Below, one piece after another: positions 61,701-64,000 of a stretch of 64,000 nt of DNA; the first letter of the stretch is position 1; each line of letters begins with the position of its first letter. Source of the DNA: Antedon mediterranea. Taxonomy: Eukaryota; Animalia; Echinodermata. The notes under the pieces are model-generated. The model ran no database searches. It saw only the letters and a program-made list of their open reading frames with translations, and was not told the DNA's origin. The stretch spans positions 23,609,175 through 23,673,174 of the forward strand of contig NC_092677.1 of NCBI RefSeq assembly GCF_964355755.1, read 5' to 3'. A program made the translations under genes and the position numbers.

Positions 61701-64000
61701 AATGGGCGTATTTGTTTTTTGCTTCCATTATCTTTCAAGTCAATTTTATACTTTAGGCCAATAGAAATTTAAAAAAACGTCTAAGAATGAGAACAAGGTA
61801 TTTATATGAAGCCCGGTTACCTCAGTTGGTAGAGCATCAGTCTTTTAATCTGAGGGTAAAGGGTTCAAATCCCTTATTGGGCTTATTCGAGTTTTGCTTC
61901 CATTATCGTTCAAGTCAATTTTATACTTTAGGCCAATTGAAATAAAACAAACTTCTAAGAATGAGAACAAGGTATTTATATGAGGCTCGGTTAGCTCAGT
62001 TGGTAGCGCAAAAGACTTTTAATCTGAGGTCAAGGGTTAAAGCCCGTTATTCGGCGTATTCCTTTTTGGCTTCCATTATCGTTCAAGTCAATTTTATACC
62101 TTAGGCCAATAGAAGTAAAAAAAAAACGTCTAAGACTGAGAACAAGGTATTTATATGAAGCCCGGTTAGTTCAGTTGGTAGAGCATCAGACTTTTAATCT
62201 GAGGTCAAGGGTTAAAGCCCGTTATTGGGCGTATTCCTTTTTTGCTTCCATTATCGTTCAAGTCAATTTTATTCTTTAGGCCAATAGAAATAAAAAAAAA
62301 ACGTCTAAGAATGAGAACAAGATATTTATATGAAGCCCGGTTAGCTCAGTTGGTAGAGCATCAGACTTTTAATCTGAGGGTCAAGGGTTCAAGTCCCTTA
62401 TTGGGCGTATTTGTTTTTTGCTTCCATTATTTTTCAAGTCAATTTTATACTTTAGGTTAATTGAAATTTAAAAAAAATGTCTAAGAATGAGAACAAGGTA
62501 GTTATATGAAGCCCGGTTAGCGCAGTTGGTAGAGCATCAGACGTTTAAACTGAGGGTCAAGGGTTCAAGTCCCTTAATGGGCGTATTTGTTTTTTGCTTC
62601 CATTATCTTTGAAGTCAATTTTATACTTTAGGCCAATAGAAATTTTTAAAAAAACGTCTAAGAATGAGAACCAGGTATTTATATGAAGCCCGGTTAGCTC
62701 AGTTGGTAGAGCATCAGACTTTTAATCTGAGGGTTAAGGGTTCAAGTCCCTTAATGGGCATATTTGTTTTTTGCTTCCATTATCTTTCAAGTCAATTTTA
62801 TACTTTAGGCCAATTGAAATTTTAAAAAAAACGTCTAAGAATGAGAACAAGGTAGTTATATGAAGCCCGGTTAGCTCAGTTGGTAGAGCATCAGACTTTT
62901 AAGCTGAGGGTCAAGGTTTCAAGTCCCTTATTGGGCGTATTTGTTTTTTGCTTCCATTATCTTTCAAGTCAATTTTATACTTTAGGCCAATAAAATTATT
63001 AAGAAAAAGTCTAAGAATGAGAACAAGTTGTTTATATGAAGCCCGGTTAGCTCAGTTGGTAGAGCATCAGACTTTTAATCTGAGGGTCAAGGGTTCAAAT
63101 CCCTTATTGGGCATATTCGTTTTTGCTTCCATTATCTTTCAAGTTTTTTTTATACTTTAGGCCAATTGAAATAAAACAAACGTCTAAGAATAAGAACATG
63201 GCTTTTATATGAAGCCCGGTTAGCTCAGTTGGTAGAGCATCAGACTTTTAAACTGAGGGTCAAGGGTTCAAGTCCCTTAATGGGCGTATTTGTTTTTTGC
63301 TTCCATTATCTTTGAAGTCAATTTTATACTTTAGGCCAATTGAAATTTTAAAAAAACGTCTAAGAATGAGAACAAGGTATTTATATGAAGCCCGGTTAGC
63401 TCAGTTGGTAGAGCATCAGACTTTTAATCTGAGGGTCAAGGGTTCAAATCCCTTATTGGGCGTATATGTTTTTTGCTTCCATTATCTTTGAAGTCAATTT
63501 TATACTTTAGGCCAATAGAAATTTAAAAAAAACGTCTAAGAATGAGAACAAGGTATTTATAAGAAGCCCGGTTACCTCAGTTGGTAGAGCATCAGACTTT
63601 TAATCTGAGGGTAAAGGGTTCAAATCCTTTATTGGGCTTATTCGAGTTTTGCTTCCATTATCGTTCAAGTCAATTTTATACTTTAGGCCAATTGAAATAA
63701 AACAAACTTCTGAGAATGAGAACAAGGTATTTATATGAGGCTCGGTTAGCTCAGTTGGTAGCGCAAAAGACTTTTAATCTGAGGTCAAGGGTTAAAGCCC
63801 GTTATTCGGCGTATTCCTTTTTGGCTTCCATTATCGTTCAAGTCAATTTTATACCTTAGGCCAATAGAAGTTAAAAAAAAACGTCTAAGAATGAGAACAA
63901 GGTATTTATATGAAGCCCGGTTAGCTCAGTTGGTAGAGCATCAGACTTTTAATCTGAGGGTCAAGGGTTCAAATCCCTTATTGGGCGTATTCGTTTTTGC
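43735..64000. repeat. Long higher-order repeat domain: A(~43.9-48.1 kb) B(~48.1-52.3) A(~52.3-56.5) A(~56.5-60.7) B(60.7-end)
   Basis: Identical variant ORFs recur at offsets 8397, 4197 and 12594 (45282/53679/57876; 47553/55950/60147; 50354/62948), equal to 48, 24 and 72 monomers. Confidence 0.9.
49741..49813 (+). tRNA. tRNA-Lys(UUU), representative consensus-type array copy (one of dozens that fold fully)
   Basis: 73 nt cloverleaf: acceptor GCCCGGT/ATTGGGC with two G-U pairs, D stem GCTC/GAGC, anticodon stem TCAGA/TCTGA, T stem AAGGG/CCCTT, downstream T6. Confidence 0.85.

Larger units (their letters stand above)
25793..64000 (+). repeat. Tandem array (satellite) of ~175 bp monomers, each tRNA-Lys(UUU) plus spacer; about 215-220 copies, running off the window
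   Basis: Continuous head-to-tail GCCCGGTTAGCTCAGTTGGTAGAGCATCAGACTTTTAATCTGAGGGTCAAGGGTTCAA(G/A)TCCCTTATTGGGCG + tatttgttttttgcttccattatctttcaagtcaattttatactttaggccaattgaaa(A)ncgtctaagaatgagaacaaggtatttatatgaa. Count estimated from length divided by period. Confidence 0.97.

Noticed and set aside
27141-63491. Dozens of short ORFs (MLPLSFKSIL…/MRTRYLYEARLAQLVEHQTFNLRVKGS…)
   Set aside because: These are translations through tRNA-Lys monomers; frames open and close with A-tract length, with no sign of coding constraint.
25793-64000. CRISPR-like repeat-spacer array
   Set aside because: Spacers are homologous to each other rather than unique, the repeat is a 73 nt tRNA, the context is eukaryotic and there are no cas genes.

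Overview
AT-rich animal genomic DNA; a marine deuterostome such as an echinoderm is inferred from the Deu-domain SINE, the tandem-DED NLR and the spliceosomal introns. The left 25.8 kb is a duplication-rich gene region. It holds a frameshifted otopetrin-like terminal exon, three intact copies plus one inverted remnant of a two-exon orphan acidic-protein gene, a three-exon tandem-DED/NACHT/LRR (NLR) gene, a divergent FoxH-like forkhead gene and dispersed tRNA-Lys(UUU) copies. It also has many small mobile elements: a hammerhead-like 112 bp insertion, P-like, Harbinger-like and Tc1/mariner-like MITEs, a DeuSINE, two Helentron-type HINEs and L2/CR1 tails. From about 25,790 to the window end (about 38 kb) is a head-to-tail array of roughly 215-220 monomers of ~175 bp, each a tRNA-Lys(UUU) gene or pseudogene plus an AT-rich spacer. 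The array shows monomer subtypes, nested higher-order repeats (3-, 5-, 6-, 19-, 24- and 48-mers) and a single retroelement-tail insertion. The dispersed tRNA copies carry the same spacer and belong to a ~3.6 kb [conserved block / minus-strand gene / tRNA-Lys] duplication unit, which suggests the satellite grew out of the last unit, next to the Fox gene. Counts and identities are by-eye estimates; no searches were run.
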